Below, one piece after another: positions 11,777-22,684 of a stretch of 64,000 nt of DNA. This DNA comes from Alphaproteobacteria bacterium (lineage in GTDB: Bacteria; Pseudomonadota; Alphaproteobacteria; MPNO01; UBA830): NCBI GenBank assembly GCA_964291215.2, contig OZ219790.1:1184001-1248000 (forward strand), given 5' to 3'. Made by a program: the position numbers and the translations under genes. Positions within the stretch are counted from its first letter, which is position 1. The number at the start of each line of letters is the position of its first letter. The notes under the pieces are model-generated. The model searched no databases. It saw only the letters and a program-made list of their open reading frames with translations, and had not been told where the DNA came from.

Positions 11777-11973
11777 GTGGGCTACTTTGGATCGAAGGCG
11801 ACGAGCGGGCTGTGCCAGCTGCTTCCGGGGCTCCAGCCCCCGCATGATCTGTATGTGGAAACGCATCTCGGAGGCGGCGCGCTGATGAAGCGCAAGGCCG
11901 GGCGGCGGAGTACCGGAAGATGCCGCCGGGCGAGCGCCAGGCGATGCTCGCGGCGACCGTCGAGGCCGGGTGA
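11777..11973 (+). pseudogene. Internally deleted Dam/D12-class N6-adenine DNA methyltransferase (IS66 passenger)
   Basis: VGYFGSKATSGLCQ..PPHDLYVETHLGGGALMKRK (motif X/I-like N-terminus) joined to a C-terminal remnant EYRKMPPGERQAMLAATVEAG*. TGATG overlap with the transposase start. Confidence 0.7.
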
Positions 11974-13020
11974 TGGCGATGGTCAACGCGGCGCGCGAGG
12001 AGTTCGAAGCGGCCAAGACCGCGGCGCTGCCGGCAAGGTGGCGGAAGAGGCCGTCATCCGCGTCTTCGTCATCCTGCTCGACATCCTCATCGTCGTCCTT
12101 CTGGAGAAGACCACGCACGAGCCGGAACTCCGGTCTGCCGCCGTCACAGACGGACAAGAGCGTGCCGGGAGCAACGGCCCGAAGCCGAACCGGCAGATGG
12201 GCGACAACCTGCGCAAGACCATCGTCGAGGAAACGGTCGCGGCCTGCGACGCCTGCGGCGCTGACATCGACGGCCCCGTCGATCGGAAGCGCCGCACGAC
12301 ATCGTGTTCGAGGTCGTCGATCGCCGCGCCGAAATCAAGGAATGCCCGAAGTGCAAGGCCCGGACCAAGGGCCGGTTCCCCGACAACATCCCGTGCAGTA
12401 CGGCATCGGCATCCAGGCCCTCGTCATCAACCTGCTGGTCGCCCAGATGCTGTCCCTGCGCCGTGCCGTCGCGTTCGTGCAGGCGATCTCCGGCATCGAG
12501 CTCTCCGAGGCAACCTGCCTCAGCTATGCTTTCACGATGCGTCATGGGAGGAGGCCGCCGTGGCGCACCTCCTGCAACGCCCGATGTCGACGATTTCGGA
12601 TCAACAGTAAGTGGCTCCATGTCGTGGGACCCTGACGTGCAAGTTCCCGCACCGCAAGCGCGGCCGGGAGGCAAGAGATCGGCATCATCCCGTGCTACAA
12701 GGGCGTCCTGAGCCACGACTGCTGGGCCTCGTACATGGGCCAGTGTAGCCACCAGCTGTGCGGCAGCCACCTGCTGCGCGAACTGACCTTTGTCGTCGAG
12801 GCTACCGCGCGACTGATGAAGAGCCTGCTCCGCGAGGTCTGCCACAAGGTCAACAAGAGCGCATCCAAAACCCTGAACGACGCCGGGCGCAAGCGCTACC
12901 GCACCATCAGGGCGCCAGGGAACTGCCCGATATCCCGACGAAAGGAAAACGTGGACGCAAACGCGCACAACCTGCACGAACGTCTCGTGAAACACGAAAA
13001 CCTGCGCTTCACAGACGACC

Positions 13021-14678
13021 ATCGCGGTAGGGAACCGGGTTACCCCCCGCACAGAACCGGACGTGCGCTGTTCGCTCCTCCCTCAGGTCCTGACAAGGCG
13101 CTGGTTTGGCCACGGGTGGCGGATGCTGGCTCAGTGGGCAGCGGTGAGGGTGTCTACGTCCCCGGTGAAGTCCTTTTGGGAGCGTCGCCGAAGGGCACGC
13201 AGCTGTTTGCATTGGTGTATGAACTTCTGCAGGCTGCTTCCTGGAACGGCGTAGTAGCAGCCGTTGATAACTCACCACTTGGCCGTTTCGTGCCGGTTAT
13301 CGTGCCACCGCCTGCGCAAGGCCTCCTTGATCCGCCGCAGGGTGCCCGTTTGCGAGATGGTTTGCGACCGACCCTGAACCTGCCTTTCCTCGTCTGTTCG
13401 CAGAAGTGCGTCATGCCGAGGAAGTCGAACGTCTTGCCCTGCTTCCGGCGGTTTGCTCTGGCAAACCGACCGAACTCGATGATTTTCCGGGTGCAGTTCA
13501 AGTGGGCCAGTCTCTCCCCAAGGTCTCGGAGAAAGCGCCGCGCGTCGCCCAGACGCTGAAAGCCGCACACGAAGTCATCCGCATAATGATCGTGTCGCCT
13601 CCAGCCATCCGCTTGCGCCAGTGGTTCTGGAACCAGTCATCGAGCACGTAGTGCAGGTAGACGTTCGCAAGGCATGGCGCCGCCCCTTGCGGTGTTCCCT
13701 TGCCCGTATCAGTCGGTCCCTTCCATGACGCCGGCGTTCAGCCACTTGATGATCAGACCCCCCGATCCGTTTCCCGAGCATCGCGACCAGATGGTCGCGG
13801 TTGTCGAAGAACCCCCGGATGTCGGCGTCAACGATCCAGTTGACCTTCCGCCGTTCCACTCCGACCGCGACGGCATCGAGCGCATGATGCGCCCTGGCCG
13901 GAAGCCGTAACTAAACCCGAGGAACTCCGTCTCGCGGCACCAGAATCACACCGCCCGCTGAAGAATCTTGTCCGAGGCAAGCGGTCGTTGCCCTCCATCC
14001 TCCTTGGGTATGTAAACCCGCCGAGATGGAGGCGCCCGGTACGCACCCCTGTGCACACGGGCGTGCAGGCAGTTCCACACCCTCCGCATACGCTTGCCAC
14101 ACAACGCCGTCCACGCCCGCCGCCGCGTCCTTCCTCAAGGAATGGAACGCATCGTGCAGAGTGTCGACCGTCACGTGGTGGAGTAGCGCCACAAGACGCT
14201 CTTCCGGGTTCCTCTTCGCTACCTGCGTTCAGCCGCCTGTGACCCCCGCTTCTGCGCGCGGCGCGGGCCAACCGCATTGCCCTTCCCTCCAGCAACTCCG
14301 CAGGCTCCGAAGAACCCTTGTTCGCCGCCTTCAACGGTACTATGGCCGAATCTGACTTCTCGTTCATCATCGGTTTACGGATTAGTTCCTTTCCTCTGCG
14401 GCCCCTCCACGACAGAGGGGCAAGACCTCCCAGGTCCCTGCTTCGGCCATGGTTCTCGGACCCCGCGGAGCCCCCGTTCGCCTCACCAACGCGGCTCGTT
14501 GCCTTCGGCCACGACCTCGGCACTCCGGTTTCAAAGCATCTCGTGGCTCAATAGCCTGCCGCTCCCCAACGCTTCGCCTGGCGCCTCACGACGCATGGTT
14601 CACGGAGAAAGTGGTGGTTAGCCTCTCTTCCTACCGGGACTTGCACCCGGCCACATTCCACCAGTTTGCCTGGCGCAC
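13021..14678 (-). mobile_element. Group II intron with degraded reverse transcriptase/maturase ORF
   Basis: 5' end GTGCGCC at 14678; 3' DV/DVI CGCACGTCCGGTTCTGTGCGGGGGG..CCCTACCGCGAT ending AT at 13021. RT pieces ALLHHVTVDTL..AAGVDG, WIVDADIRGFFD, TFDFLGMTH. Removing it restores ACAGACGACC|CCGATGTC, as in the uninterrupted IS66 copy at about 53693-53710. Confidence 0.92.
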
Positions 14679-14969
14679 CCGATGTCAGCTTCACCAACAA
14701 TGCCGGAGAACAGAAGATCAGGATGGCAAAGGTCAAGGTGTCCGGATGCTTCCGCTCCACGCAAAAGCATGGTGCCGGGGCTCAAGCTACCTCACCTCCA
14801 TGGCCGCACTCGGCTACAATCATCACGTCGCAACCCAGATCGCCCTCGACGGAAAAGCCGCAGACATCATCAACGAGCACTATGGCCAATCAGAACCCAA
14901 CAAGGGGTGAGTAGATACCATAACGATACGTCTGATCGACGCTGGAACTTCGGACTAGCGTGGGATCGC

Positions 14970-16339
14970 CGTGTGCTGCCCCTGTTCGAGCCGCTTCGGG
15001 ACGCGATCCTCGCGCACCGGAACGAGGCGGGTCTGCGCCATGCCGATGCATCCGGGCCCCGAGGGAGATCCGGAAGTCGCGCTTGGCTCCGGACATCGGT
15101 CAGCCGTGACGCGGCCCTCTCCCTCGCGCAGCGCCGAGGTCGCGGCGAAGCTGTTCGCGGACGCCCCCATGTATCCGGTCTGCGACCGCTACGGCGCCTG
15201 CAAGAAGCTGGCGCGCCTGCGGTCCTTCATCATCCTGTGCTGTTGCCGGGCGCATTGTCGACGCGACTTTCCGGACTGCGCCGGCCGCAGCTGGAGGGGT
15301 GGGCGGACAAATGGATCGATCGCGGAGATCTGCCGCCTGAACACGGCTCGACTGCCTTGCTTCCGGCGGCCGGGCGGCGGCAGGCCGCGCAGGCGGCGCC
15401 GGAGACTGCGGTCGCTGTTTGCGGAAGCGCCGAGGCTTCCGAAAGCGGCGCCGGAAGGCAGGCCGCTGCGCTCAACCATCGCGTGTTTGTCGACCATGGA
15501 CAACAATTTCGGGGAAGGGCTGTCAGGGGCCCGGGCGGAAGCCCGGCTTCGGTTCCGACAGCATGAACGGCTGTCATGTACACGGCACGGTCGCGAGGAG
15601 CGGCCTCGACGTTCTGCGCTGGCGCCTGCGCGGAGAACGGCGGCCCGGCGATCTGTCGCCCTGGTTGCCGTGAGCCCGGAGAGGCGGCGGAGATTCGCAG
15701 CGCCGCCGTGAGGTCGAGGGCGCGACTTCATGGTCGCGCAGTGCTGCGACGATCACGGAGCGGACCCCATCGCCCGCGCCTTCTGCCGCCGCCAGCCCCC
15801 GAAGCTGATCACGTCAGACACCGAGCCGCCGCCCCGAAGACCCTCGACGAGCTCCGCCCGCTGACACGACCTCGGATACACGCGCCTGGTCGGCGCGCAG
15901 ATGCGCTACGCGGTCCATGACCGGAACGGCGAGCCGCTGCTTCTCGACCGCCGCATGGACCGCGCGCTGCAACACCACGCCCGTGCCCTGCGAGATCTTG
16001 GTCGAGGTCCCGCGCCGCGGCGTCTGCCGGATCCGCGTCGAAACAACCAGCGGCCGCCACGACCGACATGACAGAAGCCGAAGAAGGACATCTGGCCCGC
16101 TCCGCAAGAACTGGAAGCGGACCCTCAGACCCCTGCAACCGGCACGGGATGGCGCTCAGCTCCTCCTCCGCAGCGCCGGGACAAAACCGCAACCAATGCG
16201 GAAAGCACAGCATGGCGCCAGTGCCCCTCACCGCGCATCCTGGCGCACGAAACCGCTCCGGGTGACGCTGGAACTCCCTGACAAAAGCCCGTCAAACGGA
16301 CGAAAACAACAACACCTCACCGCACGAACGAACGCTTAC
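14970..16339 (+). mobile_element. 3' half of a second IS66-family element: degraded TnpC followed by a DUF4338 (DruA-like) passenger remnant
   Basis: TnpC pieces LFEPLRDAILAH, CDRYGACKKL, CCRAHCRRDF, MDNNF; passenger pieces LGYTRLVGAQMRYAV, STAAW, NTTPV..VEVPR, PLRKNWKRTL (about 15710-16135). Right IR reads GTAAGCGTTCG on the minus strand, ending at 16339. Confidence 0.7.
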
Positions 16340-16525
16340 CCTGACAGGATCAGACCCTATCTTTCCCAACCCGCTTGCGACCATGCATCTTGAACACCAC
16401 AGTACCGGGTGGTTCGCAGCCTCGGCCTACGCGGCGGTTCAGGAGGATCTGCCCATCTCTTGAGCGGAAGCACTTCGGCGACGGTCTCTTCCGACCCACC
16501 TCCCACCTTCCTGGCACATGGCTGC

Positions 16526-18937
16526 CTATACGGCGCGGCCGCTTCCCGTTCTTGCCGCGCCGGCAGCGCCTACGGCGGAATCCCTCGTCTCCCAGTCAAC
16601 CCCCTTGGCATGCAGCGTCGCGCGCGGGGCATCCACGGATCCCGGCCTTGCCTGTTCCATCAGATCTTCGAACTGCGCTCGTTCACGCTCGAATTCCCGA
16701 AACGCGGCAAACTGCCCAGCGCGGTACTGTTCCGGCCAGACCACCTCCTCGACGCCGTAATAGGCCGCAGCCTGCATCGTGAAATACGGGTTGTAAAGGT
16801 GGGTACGAGCCAGCGCCACAAGATCGGCTCGCCCGGCAGCGATTATGGTGTTTACCTGGTCCCAAGTGAAGATATTACCGGCGACCACTGTGGGAATACC
16901 GGCTTCTATACGGATGCGTTCGGAGAACGGCGTCTGGAACATACGTCCGTAGATGGGCCTTTCCGCGGGATCAGTCTGCCCGGTGGACACATTGATCAGG
17001 TCACAGCCATGTACGGCGAAAACGCGAGCGAACGCAACCGCGTCCTCGCCCGTGGTGCCCCCTTCCATCCAGTCGGTGGCCGATATCCGGACCGACATCG
17101 GGCGCTCGTCTGGCCATACTGCCCTGCAGGCGTCAAAGACCTCAAGCGGATAACGCAGGCGGTTTTCGACGCTGCCACCATAGTCGTCGGTCCGGCGATT
17201 GGTCCAAGGCGACAGGAAGGAAGCAAGCAGGTAACCGTGCGCACAATGCAATTCCAGCTGATCAAATCCGGCAGCAGCAGCCCGTTCTGCTGCGGCAACG
17301 AAATCCACCTTCACCGCATCCATGTCGGTCCGCGACATCTCCCGCGGCACCCGTGAGACTTCGAGATAGGGAACGGGCGATGCAGAAATGAGCTCCCAGC
17401 CGCCTTCGTCAAGCGGCTGGTCGATGCCGTCCCAAGCGACTTTCGTCGCGCCCTTGCGGCCGGCATGGCCAATTTGAATCGCCAGCCTCGCATCGGTCTG
17501 CGTATGCACGAAGGCAGCAATCCGCTCCCAGCCGGCAGCCTGCACATCATTCCAGATGCCGGCGCAGCCGGGGGTGATGCGCCCGTCGGCGCTCACGCAC
17601 GCCATCTCGGTAAAGATCAAGCCCGCACCGCCCATGGCCCGGCTCGCGAGGTGAACGTAGTGCCAGTCGTCCGGCAAACCGTCGACCGCGCTGTACTGGC
17701 ACATGGGAGAGACAGCGACACGGTTGGCAAGGCGCATGTCGCGAAGCTGTAGCGGCGTGAACATCGGCGGCATCGGCCTTGCCCTGCCGCCGTGACGTTC
17801 GGCAGCATCTTTCGAGAACCACCGGTCGACCTCGTTAACAAAACCACCGTCGCGCAGGCGGAGATTGTCGTACGTAATCGCCTTTGAGCGCGACAGCAAA
17901 CTGAAGGTGAACTGGATCGGGTTCATGTCCCGATAACGCTCGACATGCTCGAACCATGACAGCGACACGTCCGCCGCATGCTGGAGACGCTCGACCTCGC
18001 CACGACGGGTGGCGCTGTAGTTGGCGAGAATATCGGCGACTGAGCCGGATTCCTGGAAGCACTCAAACAGCGCTATTGCGTCTTCCATCGCCAGTTTCGT
18101 ACCCGAGCCAATGGAGAAATGCGCGGTATGCGCGGCGTCTCCGATCAGCACAAGATTGTCGCGAACCCAGTTCTCACACCGGATCATCGGGAAGTTGCGC
18201 CAGATCGAGCGGTTGGCGATAACCTCGTAGCCGTCAAGGAAATCCTTGTAGAGTCGGGCGACATACGCAACCGTATTCGCTTCGGTGGCATCCGCGAGTC
18301 CCGCCTTTCGCCAAGTGTCCTCGGTGGTCTCGACAATCCATGTACTCATCTCATCGTTGTACTGGTAGGCGTGCAGGTTCCAGATCCCGGCATCGTTTTC
18401 GCGAAAATCGAACGTGAACGCGTCCAGCGGACAGGTCGTGCCGAGCCATACGAACTTGTTCGGCCGCCAGTCGAAACTCGGCCTGAAATGACCAGCGTAA
18501 CGGTCGCGAATCCAAGAGTTGATTCCGTTGGCGGCAATTATCAGATCTGCATCCCCCGAGACTTGGTCCAGCGAGGTGATCTCGCGTTCGAACTCGAACT
18601 CTACCCCGACCTCGCGGCAACGGTCCTGAAGCAGGAGAAGCATGTCTTTGCGCGACATGCCACAGAAGCCATGTCCGCCCGAATCGATTCTCTCCCCCTT
18701 GAAGTAGGTGTGAATGCTGTCCCAATGAGCGAACGACCGATGGATGCGGTCATACGAGACGGGATCGTACCCGCGAAAATGTCCGAGGGTCTCGGCCGAG
18801 AACACGATTCCGAACCCGAACGTGTCGTCGGGCCGGTTCTGCTCGTAGATCCTGATCCGATGCCTAGGATCCGCCTTCTTCATCAGCAGGGCGAAATAGA
18901 GACCTGCCGGACCGCCACCGATGACCTCGATCTTCAT
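16526..18937 (-). CDS. Bifunctional salicylyl-CoA 5-hydroxylase / anthraniloyl-CoA monooxygenase-oxidoreductase
   Basis: N-terminal flavin monooxygenase (IGGGPAGLY, DTFGFG, GDAAHTAHFSIGSGTKLA) fused to an OYE-like NADH:flavin oxidoreductase (SPMCQYSA, HAGRKG, LHCAHGYLL, NRRTDDYGGS). Confidence 0.92.
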   Translation of the reverse strand: MKIEVIGGGPAGLYFALLMKKADPRHRIRIYEQNRPDDTFGFGIVFSAETLGHFRGYDPVSYDRIHRSFAHWDSIHTYFKGERIDSGGHGFCGMSRKDMLLLLQDRCREVGVEFEFEREITSLDQVSGDADLIIAANGINSWIRDRYAGHFRPSFDWRPNKFVWLGTTCPLDAFTFDFRENDAGIWNLHAYQYNDEMSTWIVETTEDTWRKAGLADATEANTVAYVARLYKDFLDGYEVIANRSIWRNFPMIRCENWVRDNLVLIGDAAHTAHFSIGSGTKLAMEDAIALFECFQESGSVADILANYSATRRGEVERLQHAADVSLSWFEHVERYRDMNPIQFTFSLLSRSKAITYDNLRLRDGGFVNEVDRWFSKDAAERHGGRARPMPPMFTPLQLRDMRLANRVAVSPMCQYSAVDGLPDDWHYVHLASRAMGGAGLIFTEMACVSADGRITPGCAGIWNDVQAAGWERIAAFVHTQTDARLAIQIGHAGRKGATKVAWDGIDQPLDEGGWELISASPVPYLEVSRVPREMSRTDMDAVKVDFVAAAERAAAAGFDQLELHCAHGYLLASFLSPWTNRRTDDYGGSVENRLRYPLEVFDACRAVWPDERPMSVRISATDWMEGGTTGEDAVAFARVFAVHGCDLINVSTGQTDPAERPIYGRMFQTPFSERIRIEAGIPTVVAGNIFTWDQVNTIIAAGRADLVALARTHLYNPYFTMQAAAYYGVEEVVWPEQYRAGQFAAFREFERERAQFEDLMEQARPGSVDAPRATLHAKGVDWETRDSAVGAAGAARTGSGRAV

Positions 18938-19128
18938 CTTGCCCTCCGCATGCCGGGGCGCAGACACGAAAACGCCCCAAGAATATTATTTTAGATCTAA
19001 AACAATTCCGTTCAAGACGGTGCCTCTGCTTCCGGGCCGGAACATCCGCAGGCACATGTTTTCGGGAAAGCTGCGATCCTGCCTGTCAGGATCGCTCCGG
19101 CCGCCGGGATGCGCTCTACAGGAAGAGT

Positions 19129-19619
19129 CTACTTGCCCTTGGTGTCGAGGCCGAACAAGCGCGCCGCGTTGTATCCGAGGACATTTCGCTTCACCTGTTC
19201 GTCCAGAAAGGGCAGATCCGTGATCACCGTGGGGAGATCAAAGTCCCAGTACAGGCAGTCCGAAGCGTAGAGAAGTCGGGTCGACGCATCGATGGCTTCG
19301 AACGTGGCCTCGAGGAGCTTCATGTTGGTGCGCTCCATGGGCTGGCAGGTGAAATACATCTCGCGGATGTATTCGCTCGGCAGCCGTTTCAGATTCGGGG
19401 CCTCGGACGAGCGCATCAGGTACTCGCTGTCAAGGCGTTGTTGCATGAACGGGACCCAAGCAAGCCCCGATTCTATCCAGACCACCGGCAGGTTCGGGCA
19501 GGCCGTTGATAACCCGGTTCGTGAGATGAACGATGTTGCACAGCTCGAAACTCATCGCATGTATCGAAATGAAACGGTTGAGTTGTCCGACATAGCCTTC
19601 ATGCTGCCAATTGGGACCG
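19129..19619 (-). pseudogene. Amidohydrolase_2 family protein, C-terminal fragment truncated by IS3
   Basis: VWIESGLAWVPFMQQRLDSEY..RLPSEYI..LLYASD..WDFDLP..LGYNAARLF; frameshift near 19495; 5' part replaced at the IS3 end (19620). Confidence 0.8.
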
Positions 19620-22123
19620 TGTAGCGCCCTAGGGTTATTGAGACGCTTGTGAAGCTTATGTGGCGGCTGGGATTTTGTCCATTGCGTCGCGTCTGAACTG
19701 GTTTGGCGAGCGGTGTCCATGCCGCTGTATCAGCCATTGTTCGTTGTAGTCGTCCTTCAACTTCTGAAGGGCCGCTTGCAGCTCCTCAATGGATTCGAAT
19801 GTCCTGACCCGGAGCAGGTTCTCCTTCAGTATGCGGATGAAGCGCTCGGCACAACCGTTGCCTTCAGGGGCTCGGACAAAGGATGGTGAGGATTTCGCGC
19901 CCGACTAGTAGTCTAACATTATTGTTTTGATGGATATAGTGACTTCAGTTTCGTCCGGGCATCCTTCGTCGTGAAACGCCAGTCGACAGTGACATCGGCC
20001 GCATTGCGCCGTTCCACCCACGCCGCCGTCTCCCGCAGCATGGTGTCGCGGTCGGGAATGCGTCGCCGAAGGCACTGCCGCGACAGCGCACCGATCTCGG
20101 CCATGTTGAGCCAGCTTCCGTGCTTCGGCGTGTAGCGAAACTCGAACCGTTTTCGCACCCGCCTCCTCGGGCTCGAAGGCTTCATACAGCGACTGTGCGT
20201 GTTCAGATTGTCCAGCACGATCTTCCTGTCGGGGAAATGGTCGTCGGCAAGCTCCCAGATGAAGTGCGCCCAGTCCCGCGGCGGTCGGTGACTTTCACCG
20301 TGCGCCAGTTTTCGTTGGGCGCAAAGGCCATGAAGAGGTTGGCCGTGCCGTTGCGCTCATATTCATAGTCGACCACCTCCGGCTGACCGGGGGATGCGGG
20401 TTTCCTGCTGCCGGCTGGTCTCAGCACCTCGTCCCTGGCAAAGTCCCGCTGACAAATGTCAAGCACATCCTCCATCGCCGCCACGAACTGTGCGCTCCGG
20501 TGCGGTGGAATGCACCAGTTCAGCCACGGCTTGATCTCTTTTTTTTAGCGTCTTCCTGACCGTCTCTTCCGAAATGCGCTCGACGATCTCCACCAGACGG
20601 CCGGCGAGCAGCGTCCACAGCCCTCGGGCGGGGACGAACAGGGCGACCAGCTTCGCCTCCATCGCCCCGTCCAGCCGTTTTGGCCGGCGGTTCACCTGCT
20701 CCTTGCGGCTGAGGGCGGCGTCCAGCCCCTCCAGGACGCAGCGCTTGCGCAAGCGCTCGACCGTCGCCGTGCCCAGCCCTATGTCGGCATCGACAAGCGC
20801 CCCCTCAGCATCAGGATTTGTGCCCGGCGCCAGGCAGCCCCGGTGCCGTCGACAATCGCCTTCAGATCCCGGCGCTCCTGCGCTGAAAGGGTCACCCGGT
20901 AGAGCTTCCTGCCCCGAAAGTTGGCCATATGCGCCGCTCCTGTCATTGCGCCGAAGACCTGCGGGCATGCCCGTTGTCCGGACCTGCGCATGGGGCTGCC
21001 TGCCTGTTCGGCATCTGCCCGTGTGGATATCGGCACTGTCCAGATTCCAACGAACGCCGACACGAAAATACTACCCACAAAAAACCATCAATACAATGCC
21101 GGTGGACTACTAGGCACTCTCGTTCTGGAAGTCGTGGCTGATATACTGCGAGCCGTTATCATGGCGGATCGTCAGGCTGGCGGCTACGTCTTTTCCGACG
21201 GCTCCGAGGCATTCACGCACCCCCTGGCGGATCGGTTGAAGCGCCTCGAAGCGGGTCCCCCGCCTGGCGGCATGGATGCCCGCACACCTCGCCGAGCAAT
21301 GATCTGCTGCGACGAAGACCGCCACCTGCTGACCGGTGCTCGGGAGTGTCGCGGTCATCCCTACATTTCGTCGATGTTGTCCGGGATGATGGTCCCGTCA
21401 TGCGCGCGCGGTCCATGGGCCACCCCGTGGCAGGCCCTGGCGCATAGGCCACGCATCAGCCGCAGAACCCGCGCCTTCGAAGTGCGAATGTCCTTGTAAC
21501 GCAGACATGCCCGGACCTTGCGGTAGACCTCGCCGTAGAACGGGCTGTCGGTGATCGCTTGCTTGATCTCCTCAACCAGTTCCGCGTCGGACATCGGTCC
21601 CTGTGGCCCAAGGCCATGGCGCACCGGAGGCGGCGCCGGTTGCAAATCACGGTAAACGCTGGCCCGGCTCAAGCCCCGGACCCGGCACACCCGAGAGATA
21701 CCGTAGCTCTTGCCCGTGGAGACCGAGATGGGACGGTGCTCATCGCTTCGACCTCCGGCGCCCAAAAGGGTGGCCCGCCTCCATCTTCGCGATCTTCTCA
21801 TGGAGAAGCTCGTTATCCATCGTGACCTCGACCACCTTGGCGCGCAGCCTGTCGATCTCCTCGTCCCGGGCATCGCGCGGGCGCTACTTCAGATTGCTGA
21901 CACCACCTTCCAGAAACGCATCCCGCCAGTTGCTCATATCCGCAGCCGTCGCCTCAAGCGATCGCGCGACCAACTCGACATCCGCGCCGCGAAGAACACG
22001 CAGCACCGCTTCCTGCTTTCGCGCAGCCGTCAGTCTGCGCCGCCGCGCAGGATCCGGATCTGCTGCCATATGTGATGACTCCACAGTTCCCGCTCCTGCG
22101 CACTCAACTTTCTTCTGTTTCAT
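19620..22123 (-). mobile_element. Degraded IS3-family element (orfA/orfB), interrupted by IS630
   Basis: End TGTAGCGCCCTAGGGTTATTGAGAC at 19620; orfA RKQEAVLRVLRG..WRDAFLEGG; orfB RHDNGSQY and PEGNGCAERFIRILKE on either side of the IS630; internal stops. Confidence 0.85.
19906..21112 (-). mobile_element. IS630-family element type 1, copy A (degraded)
   Basis: TA duplication in CTAG target; ends TAGTAGTC/GACTACTA; DYEYERNGTANLF, LDNLNTH, YTPKHGSWLNMAEI, VDWRFTT. Confidence 0.93.
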
Positions 22124-22198
22124 CACCCCACTTCCAGTCTGAAGTGGGGATATTAATAGTTTATGATTCAAACTCTTACTGATGCGGGGGTCACGGAT

Positions 22199-22315
22199 AT
22201 GGCGTTCAAGCTGGTATTGCAGGTGCGCGGGTTGAGCGACGAGGCGTTTCGGGAGGCCTTCGGCACAGAGGAGTAGTGCCGCGCGGCGCTGGCCCTGTCG
22301 AACTGGCCTGACGCC
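22199..22315 (+). pseudogene. IS1595-family transposase N-terminal fragment
   Basis: MAFKLVLQVRGLSDEAFREAFGTEE*CRAALALSNWPD resembles the segment preceding the IS1595 Zn ribbon; internal stop. Confidence 0.55.
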
Positions 22316-22684
22316 GCCGGCGACCCGTGCCGCTGGTGGCCAGCGCGGTTGCATTCCTCGGACTCGGAAAGTGGGGCCCGCGACGGGAAGAGACCGGATG
22401 AGCGGAGCTAGAGCGGACCTTCCGCCCGTTAGAGGAACAGCCGGACCTGACGGGCCCCCAGGCTGCGCGATGCGCTCGCCACCGAGGGCCTTCTGTTCAA
22501 AGCATCCGCCCGGTCTACGGCTTCCTCAGGTGCCACGGCCTCCAGCGCCGCAAGCGCTTCGCCCGCCTCCGGGGCACGCCCTGCGGCTGACCGTGCCGGA
22601 AAAAGCGCTTGGCGCTGGTTTGCAATTGTCTGCTATAGTTGCAGCCAGACTGGCGGCTGACTGCTTATGCGTGGAGGCGAGGCG

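Larger units (their letters stand above)
11653..14918 (+). mobile_element. IS66-family element (single TnpC type), copy 1, with DNA methyltransferase remnant; interrupted by a group II intron
   Basis: IRs GTAACTGCTCACCCC and GGGGTGAGTAGATAC; 8-bp TSD CATAACGA at 11645-11652 and 14919-14926; TnpC pieces QYGIGIQAL, HQLCGSHLLREL, FTNNAGEQKIRMAKVKVSGCFRS. Confidence 0.92.
9909..14958 (+). mobile_element. IS1634-like element (degraded transposase 10061-11598) carrying a nested IS66 and group II intron in its 3' end
   Basis: Ends CTAGGCCGAAGTTCC and GGAACTTCGGACTAG are inverted repeats. Transposase pieces MYIDIVPNR..LLREGWRENGKVRKRTIANLS, LHDLTSVWMEGR..GHSRDGKKGKLQ, VERAFRSLK, HVFLCMLACYIEWHM. Confidence 0.85.

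Noticed and set aside
13021-14678. Retron or diversity-generating retroelement RT
   Set aside because: Canonical group II intron boundaries (GTGCG...AT, domain V) and a precise empty site identify it as an intron; no TR/VR pair seen.
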